From the NCBI GenBank assembly GCA_964363965.1, contig CAYIKH010000002.1:1-55672 (forward strand): DNA of 55,672 bases, written 5' to 3'. This stretch comes from an uncultured Candidatus Saccharibacteria bacterium (GTDB taxonomy: Bacteria > Patescibacteriota > Minisyncoccia > Sungbacterales > SURF-37). A program made the position numbers and the translations under genes. Positions 43,001 to 53,552 of this stretch are shown here, piece by piece. The notes under the pieces are model-generated. The model ran no database searches and had not been told where the DNA came from. It saw nothing but the letters and a program-made list of their open reading frames with translations. Positions within the stretch are counted from its first letter, which is position 1. Each line of letters starts with the position of its first letter.

Positions 43001-43918
43001 ATGGTTTATTTCCTTTACGGCCCGGATACTTACTCCAGCCGCAAAAAAGTTGCCGAGATCATCGGCGAGTTTGATAAGAAGGTTGGTGCCGGGCTTAACG
43101 TTACCCGCATCGACGCTTATGATCGGCCTGATGCAGTCTTTGCCACCGGTCGAAACGCATCGCTCTTTCAAACCAAGGAGCTGGTGATACTTGAAAATGC
43201 GTCTTTGGCCAGCCGCGAGGTTCAAACCTATATCCGCGATCAGCTCGGCGGTTGGAAAACGGATCGAGACGTGAGCGTTGTTTTCTGGGAGGCTGATATC
43301 AGCGACGAAGACTCGTTTGGAAAGTCCATCCGCAAACATGCCACCAAGTCGCAGGAGTTCAAACTGCTTTCTCGTGCGGCGCTCATGCGCTGGTTTGATG
43401 AGGCGGCGCGGAAGCGGGATGTGCGACTATCCGAGCGTGAAAAAGAAAATCTTTTGCTCTCCTTCGGCCCGGATCTTTGGGCCTTGGGCCACGAGCTGGA
43501 TAAGATTGAGATGGGCTGGTCGGTTAAGGGCGAGCGCCAGGAAGCCGAGAAGATCTGGGGTTTTACCGATGCTTTTTTTAGAAATCCGAGAAACGCCTTC
43601 CTGCCGCTGACCAAGCTTCTTGACGCCGGGTACGAAACTATTTATCTTCTCGGCGCGCTGGTAAGCTCACTCCATACCGCAGTTGCCGTTTGGTGGGGGT
43701 TTACCCATGACCGACTAAAGAAAGCCGGTTCGGGACTCCACCCCTATGCGGTGAAAAAGAATGTTGAGCTGGCCAAGCGCCTGGGGCCCGATGCGGTTCG
43801 GCGCCTCTATCGTCGCCTGGTTGCGGCCGATATTGAACAAAAAACCAGCCGCCTTCCGCAGCAGGTTTCATTGCTAAGGCTCGTCCTGGACAAGCACCAA
43901 ACCAAAACCTCCGCCTAG
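43001..43918 (+). CDS. holA: DNA polymerase III delta subunit HolA
   Basis: MVYFLYGPDTYSSRKK is the typical HolA N-terminus. 305 aa, AAA+-like clamp-loader delta architecture. Confidence 0.8.
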   Translation: MVYFLYGPDTYSSRKKVAEIIGEFDKKVGAGLNVTRIDAYDRPDAVFATGRNASLFQTKELVILENASLASREVQTYIRDQLGGWKTDRDVSVVFWEADISDEDSFGKSIRKHATKSQEFKLLSRAALMRWFDEAARKRDVRLSEREKENLLLSFGPDLWALGHELDKIEMGWSVKGERQEAEKIWGFTDAFFRNPRNAFLPLTKLLDAGYETIYLLGALVSSLHTAVAVWWGFTHDRLKKAGSGLHPYAVKKNVELAKRLGPDAVRRLYRRLVAADIEQKTSRLPQQVSLLRLVLDKHQTKTSA

Positions 43919-44187
43919 GCGGAGGTTTTGGTTTTGCGGATCCAGCGCATCAGTCTGGATTTATGGCGGGCCGCGGCGTTCGGCTTAATCACGCCGGTTT
44001 TCGCGGCTTTGTCCAAGGCCTGGTAAGCCTGCGGCACTATAGCTTCAGCTTCTTTAATCTTTTTTGCCGCCGCGAGCTTCTGGATTTGCTTCAGGATTTT
44101 TTTATAAGCCTCTTTACGCTTGAGGTTCCGGATAGTGCGGCGCTTGGTCTGACGCAGGGCTTTTTTGGCCGAGCTTGTAATTGGCAT
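43915..44187 (-). CDS. rpsT: 30S ribosomal protein S20
   Basis: MPITSSAKKALRQTKRRTIRNLKRKEAYKK... is the canonical bS20 N-terminus. 90 aa. Confidence 0.9.
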   Translation of the reverse strand: MPITSSAKKALRQTKRRTIRNLKRKEAYKKILKQIQKLAAAKKIKEAEAIVPQAYQALDKAAKTGVIKPNAAARHKSRLMRWIRKTKTSA

Positions 44188-44225
44188 ACATTGCTACGGT
44201 ATGAAATTATCCAGCGATGGTCAAG

Positions 44226-46199
44226 TCAGCGACGGTATTTCCTAATGCGGTCTCTAATCCTCGCTGCTAGTTCAAAATTCATTTCCTTGGCCGCCCTTTT
44301 CATCTCGCGTTCCAAAGCCAGGATCATCTCGCGGGTTGGGCCGGCCGGCAAAAATATTTCCTCCTCTTTTTTTGGCGCAAGTTCTTCGAGGAGTGATTTA
44401 CGGATTTCCTTTTTAATCGTTTCCGGAGTAATGCCATGTTTCTTGTTATATTCCTCCTGAATCTTCCGGCGTCGGGTCGTCTCCTCAATTGCCCGCTTCA
44501 TGGATCCGGTCACGGTATCGGCATAAAGAATTACCGTGCCGTCAGTATGGCGGGCGGCACGGCCGATTATCTGCAAAAGTGTGGTTTCATTACGAAGAAA
44601 TCCTTCCTTGTCGGCATCCAGAATGGCGATGAACGAAACCTCGGGCAGATCCAGTCCTTCACGAAGAAGATTTATGCCCACCAGGGCTTCGTGTTCTCCA
44701 GTGCGGAGCCTTTTTAACACTTCCGGGCGCTCAAGAGTTTTCACCTCCGAGTGGATATAGCTGGCGCTGACCCCGGCCTCGGCCAGATACTCGGCAATAT
44801 CCTCGGCCAAGCGCTTGGTCAAAGCCATGACCAGGGAGCGCTCTTTTTTGGCCATGCGCTTTTTTATTTCGGCGATTATATCTTGTATTTGATTTTTTGT
44901 CGGCCGGACTTCGATCTTGGGGTCAAGCACTCCGGTAGGGCGGATTAGTTGCTCCACGATAAAAGTTTTTGATTTCAGTATTTCGTACTGCGAGGGCGTG
45001 GCCGAGACAAAGAGCACTCGATCAACCTTTTTGTTAAATTCTTCGAATTTCAGCGGCCGGTTATCAACAGCCGAAGGCAGGCGGAAGCCGTATTCGACCA
45101 GAATTTCTTTGCGCGCCCGGTCGCCGTTATGCATCCCGCGAAGCTGGGGAATGGAAACGTGTGATTCGTCAATAATGGTCAAAAATTCATCGCCAAAGCG
45201 GTGGCGGTAATAATCAATCAAGGTAAAGGGCGGCGAGCCGGGCGGCCGGAAAGAGAGGTGGCGCGAGTAGTTTTCAATGCCGTTGGTATAGCCGGTGTGT
45301 TCGAGCATCTCCAAGTCAAAGTTGGTGCGCTGCTCCAACCTCTCGGCTTCCAGAGGCTTAAGTTCATTTTTAAATTTCTCGACTTGCTCTTTTAGTTCCT
45401 GACGGATGTTTTGGATGGCCAGCTTAAGTTTGGAGCGCGGCGTGACAAAGTGCTTAGCCGGGAAGAGTTTATAGCCGCGGATCTCCCGCGGATGGCTACG
45501 CCGGTCTGAGGCGGATCTTACGGTGAGGCGCTGGATGGTGTTTTGTCCTAGGGTCACGGTGAATATTTCCTCGCCCGATGGCAGGAAAATTTCTATGGTG
45601 TTCTCGCGTACTCGGAAGTTGCCTTGGCGGGGATCAAAATCATTTTTGGTGTATTGGAGAAGAACAAGAGAACGCAGAAGTTCGCGGCGGGCCAGAGGCG
45701 CGCCGACTTTAAGCTCAAGCGCAACTTTCTCATATTCCTCGGGATCCCCGATTCCATAGATGCAGGAGACCGAGGCCACAATCAAGGCGTCACGACGCGT
45801 GAGCAGGCTTGCGGTGGCGGCGTGGCGCAGCGAATCAATGAGCTCGTTGATCTTGGCGTCCTTCTCTATATAGGTGTCGGTTTGGGGGAGATAGGCCTCC
45901 GGCTGGTAGTAGTCGTAGTAGGAGACAAAGTAGTGAACCGCACTCTCCGGAAAAAACTCTTTGAATTCCTGGTAAAGCTGCGCGGCCAGGGTTTTATTGT
46001 GCGAAATCACCAGCACCGGCATCTTAAGACGGTTTATGACATTAGCCATGGTGTAGGTTTTGCCCGATCCGGTCACACCCAAAAGCGTCTGGCGTCTTGC
46101 CCCCGTCTGGAAATTAGCCACAAGTCTAGTAATTGCTTGCGGCTGGTCGCCAGTAGGTTTGAATTTTGACGCTAGGATGAATTCCATGTCCAGAGCCAC
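44226..46199 (-). CDS. uvrB: Excinuclease ABC subunit B
   Basis: 657 aa. Walker A GVTGSGKT; helicase motifs; beta-hairpin region; C-terminal UVR domain ([13 protein letters not shown]). Confidence 0.95.
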   Translation of the reverse strand: MALDMEFILASKFKPTGDQPQAITRLVANFQTGARRQTLLGVTGSGKTYTMANVINRLKMPVLVISHNKTLAAQLYQEFKEFFPESAVHYFVSYYDYYQPEAYLPQTDTYIEKDAKINELIDSLRHAATASLLTRRDALIVASVSCIYGIGDPEEYEKVALELKVGAPLARRELLRSLVLLQYTKNDFDPRQGNFRVRENTIEIFLPSGEEIFTVTLGQNTIQRLTVRSASDRRSHPREIRGYKLFPAKHFVTPRSKLKLAIQNIRQELKEQVEKFKNELKPLEAERLEQRTNFDLEMLEHTGYTNGIENYSRHLSFRPPGSPPFTLIDYYRHRFGDEFLTIIDESHVSIPQLRGMHNGDRARKEILVEYGFRLPSAVDNRPLKFEEFNKKVDRVLFVSATPSQYEILKSKTFIVEQLIRPTGVLDPKIEVRPTKNQIQDIIAEIKKRMAKKERSLVMALTKRLAEDIAEYLAEAGVSASYIHSEVKTLERPEVLKRLRTGEHEALVGINLLREGLDLPEVSFIAILDADKEGFLRNETTLLQIIGRAARHTDGTVILYADTVTGSMKRAIEETTRRRKIQEEYNKKHGITPETIKKEIRKSLLEELAPKKEEEIFLPAGPTREMILALEREMKRAAKEMNFELAARIRDRIRKYRR

Positions 46200-46204
46200 G
46201 ATTC

Positions 46205-46405
46205 TTTTTTATTGCGCTAAGCGCCGAATACCTCGCCGCTCTGCGGACCAGACGCGAGGCGCATCCGCGAAGCGGATCGCCCCGTCTCCGAGGATGAAGG
46301 CGCACATTGAGAACGAGCGTGCCGAGATGGTCGAGGCGCGCGAGCACATTCGCAACAAAGCATCACTTCAATACCGTACCGCTCTGCGGTGCGGATGCTT
46401 TATTT
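46205..46405. repeat. Dispersed GC-rich repeat, copy R2 (uvrB / ruvA divergent spacer)
   Basis: Same family as 39341-39510. It has an extra roughly 50-nt module (46241-46290) related to 39657-39706. Both hairpin loops read CTCTG instead of CTTG. A cgc to cgt change keeps the stem via G-U. The homologous small ORF starts at 46294. Confidence 0.6.
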
Positions 46406-46429
46406 CTGCGGCCGGCGTAAGATGAAATT

Positions 46430-47017
46430 ATGATCAGCGCCATTGTCGGCTCTATTGAATTGAAAGGCCAGCGTTCAGTCATTCTCGGCGCAGGTAGCAC
46501 CTACTATCGGATATTCGTCGGTCCGGAAACGCTACGAAAAATACCAGAAAAAGGCCAACAAATCAAGGTTTGGACCCATCTTTACCAACGCGAGGACACG
46601 ATTGAGCTCTATGGCTTTTTGCACTATGCCGAGCTCGAATTCTTCGAGACCCTGATTCAGATTCCCGGCATCGGCCCCAAAAGCGGCCTGGCTATTTTGA
46701 ATCTTGCTCCACTGGATACCCTGAAGAAAGCCATTGCCGCCGGCGACACGTCCTACCTGACCAAAGTTTCAGGCATTGGCCGCAAGACTGCGGCGAAAAT
46801 AATTTTGGAGTTAAAGGAAAAAATGGCCGGCCAGGGCATTACGGCGGGGGGAGCGCCGGAATTAAAAGAGGAAGCCGACGCCTTGGATGCCCTTATATCC
46901 CTTGGCTATACCCAGTCTGAAGCCCGTCAGGCCCTGGCCGCGGTGCCGAAGGATATCCGCGGAACTGGTGAGCGGGTGAAAGCCGCGCTCCAGCGTTTGG
47001 GTAGGCAGCCGGAGTAG
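46430..47017 (+). CDS. ruvA: Holliday junction DNA helicase RuvA
   Basis: OB-fold N-terminus; tandem HhH motifs (LIQIPGIGPKSGLAIL, LTKVSGIGRKTAAKIILEL); C-terminal domain III. Confidence 0.9.
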   Translation: MISAIVGSIELKGQRSVILGAGSTYYRIFVGPETLRKIPEKGQQIKVWTHLYQREDTIELYGFLHYAELEFFETLIQIPGIGPKSGLAILNLAPLDTLKKAIAAGDTSYLTKVSGIGRKTAAKIILELKEKMAGQGITAGGAPELKEEADALDALISLGYTQSEARQALAAVPKDIRGTGERVKAALQRLGRQPE

Positions 47018-47019
47018 TT

Positions 47020-47922
47020 ATGGATTCGTTTTTGCAGTCGCCGGAATGGCAGGAGATCCAGGAGCGGATGGGCCGGGCCACGCGGAGAGTCGCCTCGGCG
47101 CTGGTCATTCGTCACGATCTTCCTTTTGGATTTCATTACTTTTATACTCCACGACCGCCGGCACTGCCGCAAGAATTTTTCGAGGAAGCGACGGCACTCG
47201 GTCAAGAGACCGAAGCGATCTTTTTGAAAATTGACCCCATCAACCCATTGCCGGAATTAAGAAATTTTGAATTTAAAATTCAGGCCAGTCATTCCCTCCA
47301 ACCGTCTTCAGCCGTTGTTGTCGACTGTCAGAGAAGCGAGGATGAGGTGCTTGGCGCCATGCACCCCAAGACCCGCTACAACATTCATCTGGCCGAGCGC
47401 CGCGGCGTGAAGGTGCGGCCAATCTCTTTGGCAGAAGTTCCTTTGCAGTTGGGTGCCTGGCGGGAGGTTATACAAGAGACGGCGCGGCGCGAAGGGTTTA
47501 CACTGCATCCCCAAGCCCATTACCGGATTCTGGCCGAGGTGCGGAGCGAGAACTTCAAAAATGAAATTTGGTTTGCCGAGCTGGAGGGCAAGCTCCTTGC
47601 CGCCGCCATGGTCAACTGGTTCTGGCTGGAGAAGACAGTTACTTACCTCCACGGCGGCTCATCGCGGCGTCACCGCGAGGTTATGGCCCCGCACCTGCTG
47701 CATTGGCGTATAATCCAGGAGGCGCATCACCGCGGATATGCGCGCTATGACCTGGGCGGCATTGATGAGGTTAGCTGGCCGGGTCTGACGCGTTTCAAGC
47801 GCGGCTTTGGCGGGAGTGTCGTTCAATACCCGCCTGCGCAAGACATCATATTCCGGCCGCGGCTTTATGGTATTTATCACTTGCAGCGGACAATGCGTCA
47901 TGGCCGGACTCAGCGGCCGTGA
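47020..47922 (+). CDS. FemAB-family peptidyltransferase (peptidoglycan interpeptide bridge formation)
   Basis: Around 300 aa with the FemAB fold. Conserved LHGGSSRRHREVMAPHLLHWRIIQEAHHRGYARYDLGGI region. Adjacent to murE. Confidence 0.7.
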   Translation: MDSFLQSPEWQEIQERMGRATRRVASALVIRHDLPFGFHYFYTPRPPALPQEFFEEATALGQETEAIFLKIDPINPLPELRNFEFKIQASHSLQPSSAVVVDCQRSEDEVLGAMHPKTRYNIHLAERRGVKVRPISLAEVPLQLGAWREVIQETARREGFTLHPQAHYRILAEVRSENFKNEIWFAELEGKLLAAAMVNWFWLEKTVTYLHGGSSRRHREVMAPHLLHWRIIQEAHHRGYARYDLGGIDEVSWPGLTRFKRGFGGSVVQYPPAQDIIFRPRLYGIYHLQRTMRHGRTQRP

Positions 47923-47928
47923 TCCCCC

Positions 47929-49260
47929 ATGGAAAAATTCCTCAGTTTCACAAGAAGCATAATCCCGCGGCGGTTGCTTTTGTTTTTACAGCCGGCTTAC
48001 CACTTATTGCTTGCCGCCTTGGCCGCGCTATACTACGGCTTTCCGTCTCGGCACTTGACGGTTATCGGTGTCACCGGCACCAACGGCAAGACCACCGTAG
48101 TCCATCTTCTCCATGAGATTTTCGCTGCCGCCGGATTTAAAGCCGGCTCTTTATCTTCCCTGCGTTTTAAAATAAATAATGACGAGACGCCCAATCTCCT
48201 TAAAATGACCATGCCCGGGAGGCTGCAGCTTCAGAAATTTTTAGCCCAATGCCGCGCGTCCTCATGCCGCTTCGTTATCCTGGAGGTGACCTCCGAAGGC
48301 ATTAAACAGTTTCGCCATCGCTTCATACAATTTCGGGCCGCGGTTTTGACCAACGTCACCCCGGAACACATTGAATCCCATGGGAGTTTCGAGCGCTATC
48401 GCGATGCCAAGCTTGAACTCTTCCGTTGTCTTCCTCCATCCGGCTGGGCCGTTTTGAATCGTGAGGACGAATCGGCTGAACTATTTAAACGTGCCACCGC
48501 GGCAAAGATTGTGTGGTATTCCGCCTCGGCGATCGAGCTTGAGCGTGTCGGTCACCCGGTGCACTTGCTAAAGGTAGAGTCCAGTTATATTCTCGCCGAC
48601 GTTGATGACGCCGTTATCGAAGCCCCTCTGGGAGGATTTTTTAATGCACAAAACCTTCTCGCCGCTGTGGCCGCGGCGTTGGCCTTTCAAATTTCACTCT
48701 CGGCCATTGCTCAGGCGGTGCATAGATTTCCCGGCGTTCCGGGACGGCTGGAATATGTGAGCCGTACCCCATTTGCCGTAGTCGTGGATTACGCGCACAC
48801 TCCGGATGCGCTGGAGAAAGTGTATCAGGTGCTGCAGAGTGCCCGCCTGCCGGACGGGCAGGCAGAGCGCAAGGCGCAAAGCGGCGGGTTGATTTGCGTC
48901 TTGGGGTCAGCCGGCGGCGGCCGCGACAAGTGGAAGAGGCCGGAGCTGGGGAGGATTATCAGCCGCTATTGCCAAGAGATCATTTTGACGAGTGAGGACC
49001 CCGATGAGGAAGACCCGGACCAAATTGCATCAGCGATACAATCCGGAATGCCAAATGACAAAATTCAAATGCCAAAAGTTATTCTGGACCGGCGGACTGC
49101 CATTCGCGAAGCCCTCCGCTCGGCTCATTCCGGTGATACCGTAGTCATCACCGGCATGGGCGCGCAACCGTGGTTTATTGAAAAGGGTAAGAAAATCCCG
49201 TGGGATGAGCGAAGAATTGTCCGAGAAGAATTAGCAAAAATCCAAAACAAGTCGGACTAA
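47929..49260 (+). CDS. murE: Mur ligase, MurE-type (UDP-MurNAc-tripeptide synthetase)
   Basis: P-loop VIGVTGTNGKTT; DYAHTPDAL motif characteristic of MurE; Mur ligase C-terminal domain. Confidence 0.8.
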   Translation: MEKFLSFTRSIIPRRLLLFLQPAYHLLLAALAALYYGFPSRHLTVIGVTGTNGKTTVVHLLHEIFAAAGFKAGSLSSLRFKINNDETPNLLKMTMPGRLQLQKFLAQCRASSCRFVILEVTSEGIKQFRHRFIQFRAAVLTNVTPEHIESHGSFERYRDAKLELFRCLPPSGWAVLNREDESAELFKRATAAKIVWYSASAIELERVGHPVHLLKVESSYILADVDDAVIEAPLGGFFNAQNLLAAVAAALAFQISLSAIAQAVHRFPGVPGRLEYVSRTPFAVVVDYAHTPDALEKVYQVLQSARLPDGQAERKAQSGGLICVLGSAGGGRDKWKRPELGRIISRYCQEIILTSEDPDEEDPDQIASAIQSGMPNDKIQMPKVILDRRTAIREALRSAHSGDTVVITGMGAQPWFIEKGKKIPWDERRIVREELAKIQNKSD

Positions 49261-49285
49261 TAACTGATAACCAATAACCAGTGAA

Positions 49286-50182
49286 ATGAACACCTTTGAC
49301 CTCCAAATCCAATCCACGGCTTCCGACGGAAAATACTCTCCTCGTGAGCTCGTTCGGAAGGCTGGCGAGCTGGGGCTGACCACGATCGCTCTTACCGATC
49401 ATGACACCGTTGGCGGTTTGGCCGAGGCGATTGCCGCCGGCCAAGATTTCGGGGTTGAGGTCATCCCCGGGATTGAATTCTCCTGCCATCACAAAAATCT
49501 CGGCCTTCACATCCTTGGCTACGGGATTGATATTGCCAATCAGCAGTTGTTGGCCTCTTTGGAGAAAATCCGCGTCTCGCGCATCAGCCGCGCCAGGGAA
49601 ATGGTGCGCCGGCTGAAGGAGCAGGGATTTTCTGTAGAGTATGAAAATGTGGAGCGCCGCGCTTTGGGCGGCATTGTCGGCCGGCCGCACATTGTTGATG
49701 AGATTTTGGGAAATCCGGCCAACCGTGAGCGTTTAGGTGGCATTCAGACCATGTCGGATTTCATCCGCGCTCATCTCGTCCGCGGCAAGCCGGCCAATGT
49801 GGAGTCAAATGATTTTAATTCCCAGGAGGCGGTTAATCTTATTCAGCAAGCCGGCGGAGCGGCGGTATGGTCCCATCCGGCCGTTCATTTTACCGAGACA
49901 CTGGAAGGTTTGGAGTCTGTTTTAAAGGCGCTAGTGATTTTTGGCCTTGATGGCGTGGAGGTTTTTAATCCCAGCCATACCGAATCGGCAGTTAAATTCC
50001 TTTTTGATCTCTCCGAACGTTACAAACTTATCCGCACTGCCGGTTCGGACTTTCATCGCGAGCCGGCTCCCGGTATTTCGGGTGAAGGCGGCGCGACCCT
50101 GGGAGATTTTGCCACCCACGGCTTATCCACCGTCGACATTCTACCCAAGCTTAAAGCCAAGATGGCGCGTCAGTCTCGATAG
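49286..50182 (+). CDS. PHP-domain phosphoesterase (TrpH/YciV-like)
   Basis: HxH-type metal site TDHDTVGG; PHP-fold histidines distributed along the sequence. 298 aa. Confidence 0.8.
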   Translation: MNTFDLQIQSTASDGKYSPRELVRKAGELGLTTIALTDHDTVGGLAEAIAAGQDFGVEVIPGIEFSCHHKNLGLHILGYGIDIANQQLLASLEKIRVSRISRAREMVRRLKEQGFSVEYENVERRALGGIVGRPHIVDEILGNPANRERLGGIQTMSDFIRAHLVRGKPANVESNDFNSQEAVNLIQQAGGAAVWSHPAVHFTETLEGLESVLKALVIFGLDGVEVFNPSHTESAVKFLFDLSERYKLIRTAGSDFHREPAPGISGEGGATLGDFATHGLSTVDILPKLKAKMARQSR

Positions 50183-50465
50183 ACACTCGCCAGCCATATC
50201 TGCTATATTAAGCGTCGTGCCAAAAATAAGATTGCCGCGTTCGGTGAGAAAATTTCTGCGCCGCAAAAAGGCCGAGCTCCGTCGGCAGTTTTTATCTTCG
50301 TCCGAGGCTGAGGCCAAGATCAGAGAACTTGTCCAAAAAGTTTTCCAGGAATATACTAGAGCCACGGGTAAGTAACCGGCACCAATGCACGAATACCCTC
50401 AAATACCCTCAATTTTGAAATATTGTCGATATTAGTGGGGATTAATATATAGTGGCGTCATATCT

Positions 50466-51287
50466 ATGGTGTTCTATCAGGATTTAAGCGAGCTGGAAAA
50501 GCGAATGTGGCAGCGCAGGGGCCTGGCGCTGCTTACGATCGTGAATATCTTTGCCGTAGTGCTCATTGTCTCCTACGGCCTTTCGGCCTGGAAAGATTTT
50601 AAGGCTATCCGCGGGGAGGAAAAGCTGCAAATCACCTTAAGCGGGGAGGGTAAGGTTATGGCCAAGCCGGACGTGGCTAAGATCAGCGCCACAATTCTTA
50701 CCGAAAATGAATCGCTTAAAATCGCCCAGGAGGAGAATTCCAGGAAATCCAATGTTTTGACTAGCTTTTTAAAAGGCGTTGGCATCGCGGAAAAAGATAT
50801 TCGAACCATTGGTTACAACATCTACCCGCAATATAGCTATCCTCCGCCCTGCCCGCCTTATTCCATCTGTCCTCTGGGCTCGGATCGCCCCAAGATTATC
50901 GGCTATCAAGTCCGCAATTCCTATGAGGTTACCATCCGCGAGCTCGGCAAGACCGGAGAAATTTTGTCCGGCCTCATCGGCTCGGGCGTCAATGAGGTTA
51001 GCGGCATAACTTTCACCATTGATGAGCCCGAGGCCTTGAAAGCCGAAGCCCGCAAAAAAGCCATTGATAATGCCCGGGACAAGGCTAAAAAGCTTGCCGA
51101 TGACCTGGATCGCCGGCTGGGTAAAATTATTAACTTCTCGGAAAGCGGAGGATTCTCGCCGATCATCTTTCGTGAAACCGCCTTTGGCGGTAAGGGCGGC
51201 GGCGGACCCGAGCCAATCTCGCCATCGGTAGAGCCCGGCGAGAACGAAATCATAGTTAACGTCTCAATCACGTATGAATTCAAATGA
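50466..51287 (+). CDS. SIMPL-domain (DUF541) protein
   Basis: N-terminal TM; signature (V/I)TFTIDEPEALKAEARKKAIDNARDKAKKLADDL of the SIMPL/26-kDa periplasmic immunogenic protein family. Confidence 0.8.
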   Translation: MVFYQDLSELEKRMWQRRGLALLTIVNIFAVVLIVSYGLSAWKDFKAIRGEEKLQITLSGEGKVMAKPDVAKISATILTENESLKIAQEENSRKSNVLTSFLKGVGIAEKDIRTIGYNIYPQYSYPPPCPPYSICPLGSDRPKIIGYQVRNSYEVTIRELGKTGEILSGLIGSGVNEVSGITFTIDEPEALKAEARKKAIDNARDKAKKLADDLDRRLGKIINFSESGGFSPIIFRETAFGGKGGGGPEPISPSVEPGENEIIVNVSITYEFK

Positions 51288-52233
51288 ACCGCTAGCCAAG
51301 ACCGGGCCGCGCGAGGTGTTTTTTCATCTCCTGGCCATTGTCACCCTTTACCTTTCGGCCATAAGTTTCGGCGCGCTCCTTTTCCAGTACATTGATCGCT
51401 TCTTCCCGGATCCGCTGGTTGATTATTATCCGCGTCTTTCCGGTGCCATCCGCTGGGCCATTGCTTCCCTGGTCATAGTCTTTCCGGTCTATCTTTGGCT
51501 TTCCTGGACGCTCCGGCGCGAGGAAATCCGCGATCCGGCCAGGCGCGAGCTGAAAGTCCGGAAGTGGCTGCTTTACTTCACGCTTTTTGCCGCCGCGGTC
51601 GTGATCATCGGCGATCTTGTCGCCCTCATTTATAATTTCCTGGGCGGAGACCTTACGATGCGTTTTGTTCTGAAGATGGTGGCGGTGCTGGTCATTGCCG
51701 CAGCCGTCTTCCGCTATTACCTTTGGAACCTCCAGCGCGATATTATGGCTTCGGCCGATCCCCGCATGCGCATTTTTGTCTTGGGCATGATCGCCGCAGT
51801 AGCCATCGCCACCATTGCCGGATTTTTTGTCATCGGCTCGCCCTTGGCCGAGCGCGCGCGCCGGTTTGACGAGCGCCGGGTTCAGCATCTGCAGGAAATC
51901 CAATGGCAGATTATCAACTACTGGCAAAGGAAGGACCAACTTCCCAATGCGTTAGACCAGCTTCGTGACGACATCTCCGGCTTTGTCCCAGCGCGTGATC
52001 CCGAAAGCGGCTCATCTTACGAATACCGCGCCATCGGCCCGCTCACTTTTGAGCTTTGCGCCTCGTTCAATACCTTAAGCGCCGAGATTGATACACGAAT
52101 GCCAAAATACGCCGTATTCCCGGATGGCCTTACGCCGGAGAGCTGGTCGCATGGTGCCGGCCGCGTTTGCTTTGAGCGCACCATTGATCCCGAGCTCTAC
52201 AAGTTAAGAGAACCGGTACCGGCGCAAAGGTAA
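51274..52233 (+). CDS. Polytopic membrane protein (DUF5671-like architecture)
   Basis: Five to six TM helices in the N-terminal half; soluble C-terminal domain. No recognizable catalytic motif. Confidence 0.6.
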   Translation: MNSNEPLAKTGPREVFFHLLAIVTLYLSAISFGALLFQYIDRFFPDPLVDYYPRLSGAIRWAIASLVIVFPVYLWLSWTLRREEIRDPARRELKVRKWLLYFTLFAAAVVIIGDLVALIYNFLGGDLTMRFVLKMVAVLVIAAAVFRYYLWNLQRDIMASADPRMRIFVLGMIAAVAIATIAGFFVIGSPLAERARRFDERRVQHLQEIQWQIINYWQRKDQLPNALDQLRDDISGFVPARDPESGSSYEYRAIGPLTFELCASFNTLSAEIDTRMPKYAVFPDGLTPESWSHGAGRVCFERTIDPELYKLREPVPAQR

Positions 52234-52318
52234 AGTCAGCAAAGAATAGCAAAGCCCGGCCGCTTGATCGAGCGGCCGGTCGGCGTCTGGGCCTGGACTG
52301 TGGTGGTATAATAGCGTC

Positions 52319-53113
52319 ATGAAGGTCTGGGTAGCCGCATTCCTCCTTTTCGTGGCCCTCGCGGTGGCTATCTACTTTCTTCTCTTCTTCAAAACTAAGG
52401 AGTCAAGGCTAACCGGTTCTTCCATGGCCGAACGGGTTGAGCTTAAAACCAAAGACAGTATTTTAATCGTCGGTGACTATTACCCGCCACCGGCTCCGCC
52501 AGCCGGCGGAGCCGGTGGCGGATCGGCAAAGGGGTTGCTGCTTTTGCATATGATGCCGGCGACAAGGACGAGCTGGAAATCGTTTGCCGAGAAGATACAG
52601 CGGGCCGGATGGCAGGTCTTGTCCACTGATCTTCGCGGCCATGGCGAGTCCACCGGCGGACCCGATGGCTATCGGAGTTTTTCCGATGAGGAGCATCAGG
52701 CCTCGCGTCACGATGTTGAGGCTGGGGTCGAATTCTTGAAATCCAAAGGGGTAAGTGACTTATATCTTGGCGGCGCCTCAATCGGCGCAAATCTTGCGCT
52801 TCAATACTTGGCCGATCCGGGACCTGTGGTCAAAGCCGCGTTTTTACTCTCGCCGGGGCTGGATTATCGGGGAGTCAAAACTGAAGATGCCGCTCGGAAC
52901 CTGAAACCTGGCCAAGTAGTTTTCTATGCTGCCTCGCGGGATGATGCTTACTCCGCTGAGACCATCCAGGCGCTCTTTGACGCCACGCCGGCCGGAGTGA
53001 AAAAAGAAATGAAGTTTTTTGAGAATGCCGGCCACGGCACAACTATTTTCGAAAAAGAACCGCAATTTATGGATGAAATCGTCTTATGGCTTCAAAAGGT
53101 CGTTAATAATTAA
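52319..53113 (+). CDS. Alpha/beta hydrolase (dienelactone hydrolase / S9-like)
   Basis: Signal/TM N-terminus. Nucleophile elbow GGASIGAN. The catalytic triad order S-D-H is plausible (SRDDAYS, GHGT). Confidence 0.75.
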   Translation: MKVWVAAFLLFVALAVAIYFLLFFKTKESRLTGSSMAERVELKTKDSILIVGDYYPPPAPPAGGAGGGSAKGLLLLHMMPATRTSWKSFAEKIQRAGWQVLSTDLRGHGESTGGPDGYRSFSDEEHQASRHDVEAGVEFLKSKGVSDLYLGGASIGANLALQYLADPGPVVKAAFLLSPGLDYRGVKTEDAARNLKPGQVVFYAASRDDAYSAETIQALFDATPAGVKKEMKFFENAGHGTTIFEKEPQFMDEIVLWLQKVVNN

Positions 53114-53127
53114 TCTCGCAATAACAT

Positions 53128-53547
53128 ATGTTCGGCTATTTGTATCTCTACCAAGACCTTGGGCTTCTCGTATTGCGCCTGGCGCTCGGCGCGGCCTTCA
53201 TTGTTCACGGCTATCCCAAGCTTTTCAAGATGTTTGCCGGATTTGCCGGCTGGCTTGACTCCATTGGCATAAAGCCCGGCAAATTCTGGGCGCTGGTTGT
53301 CGGCGTGGTGGAATTTTTCGGCGGCATAGCCATTATTCTTGGACTATTTACCCAGATTGCCGCCGCCCTCATCGCGGTAAATATGTTTGTGGCCATGGCC
53401 AAAGTTAAATGGGGCACGACGAAGTTTGTGGAGTCCGAGCGCATGGGCTGGGAGCTTGACCTCGTCTACTTTGCCGCATCAGTAATGCTCCTCGTTTCCG
53501 GAGCCGGCGGCTATGCCCTGGACTACTACCTGCCTTTCCGCTTTTAG
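53128..53547 (+). CDS. DoxX-family membrane protein
   Basis: LRLALGAAFIVHGYPKLF signature. Four TM helices. 139 aa. Confidence 0.8.
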   Translation: MFGYLYLYQDLGLLVLRLALGAAFIVHGYPKLFKMFAGFAGWLDSIGIKPGKFWALVVGVVEFFGGIAIILGLFTQIAAALIAVNMFVAMAKVKWGTTKFVESERMGWELDLVYFAASVMLLVSGAGGYALDYYLPFRF

Positions 53548-53552
53548 ACTGT

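Noticed and set aside
45624-46169. Plus-strand 181-aa ORF antisense to uvrB, plus similar antisense ORFs inside polA (40463-41032, 41873-42379), PBP1A (27472-28912), gspE/pilB and others
   Set aside because: They fully overlap strongly supported conserved genes on the opposite strand and have no start signals or motifs.
50217-50375. Possible 52-codon GTG-initiated basic ORF (MPKIRLPRSVRKFLRRKKAELRRQ...) between the PHP and SIMPL genes
   Set aside because: It loosely resembles ribosomal-protein-like basic N-termini, but has no convincing family match, no SD and a GTG start. Kept only as a note.
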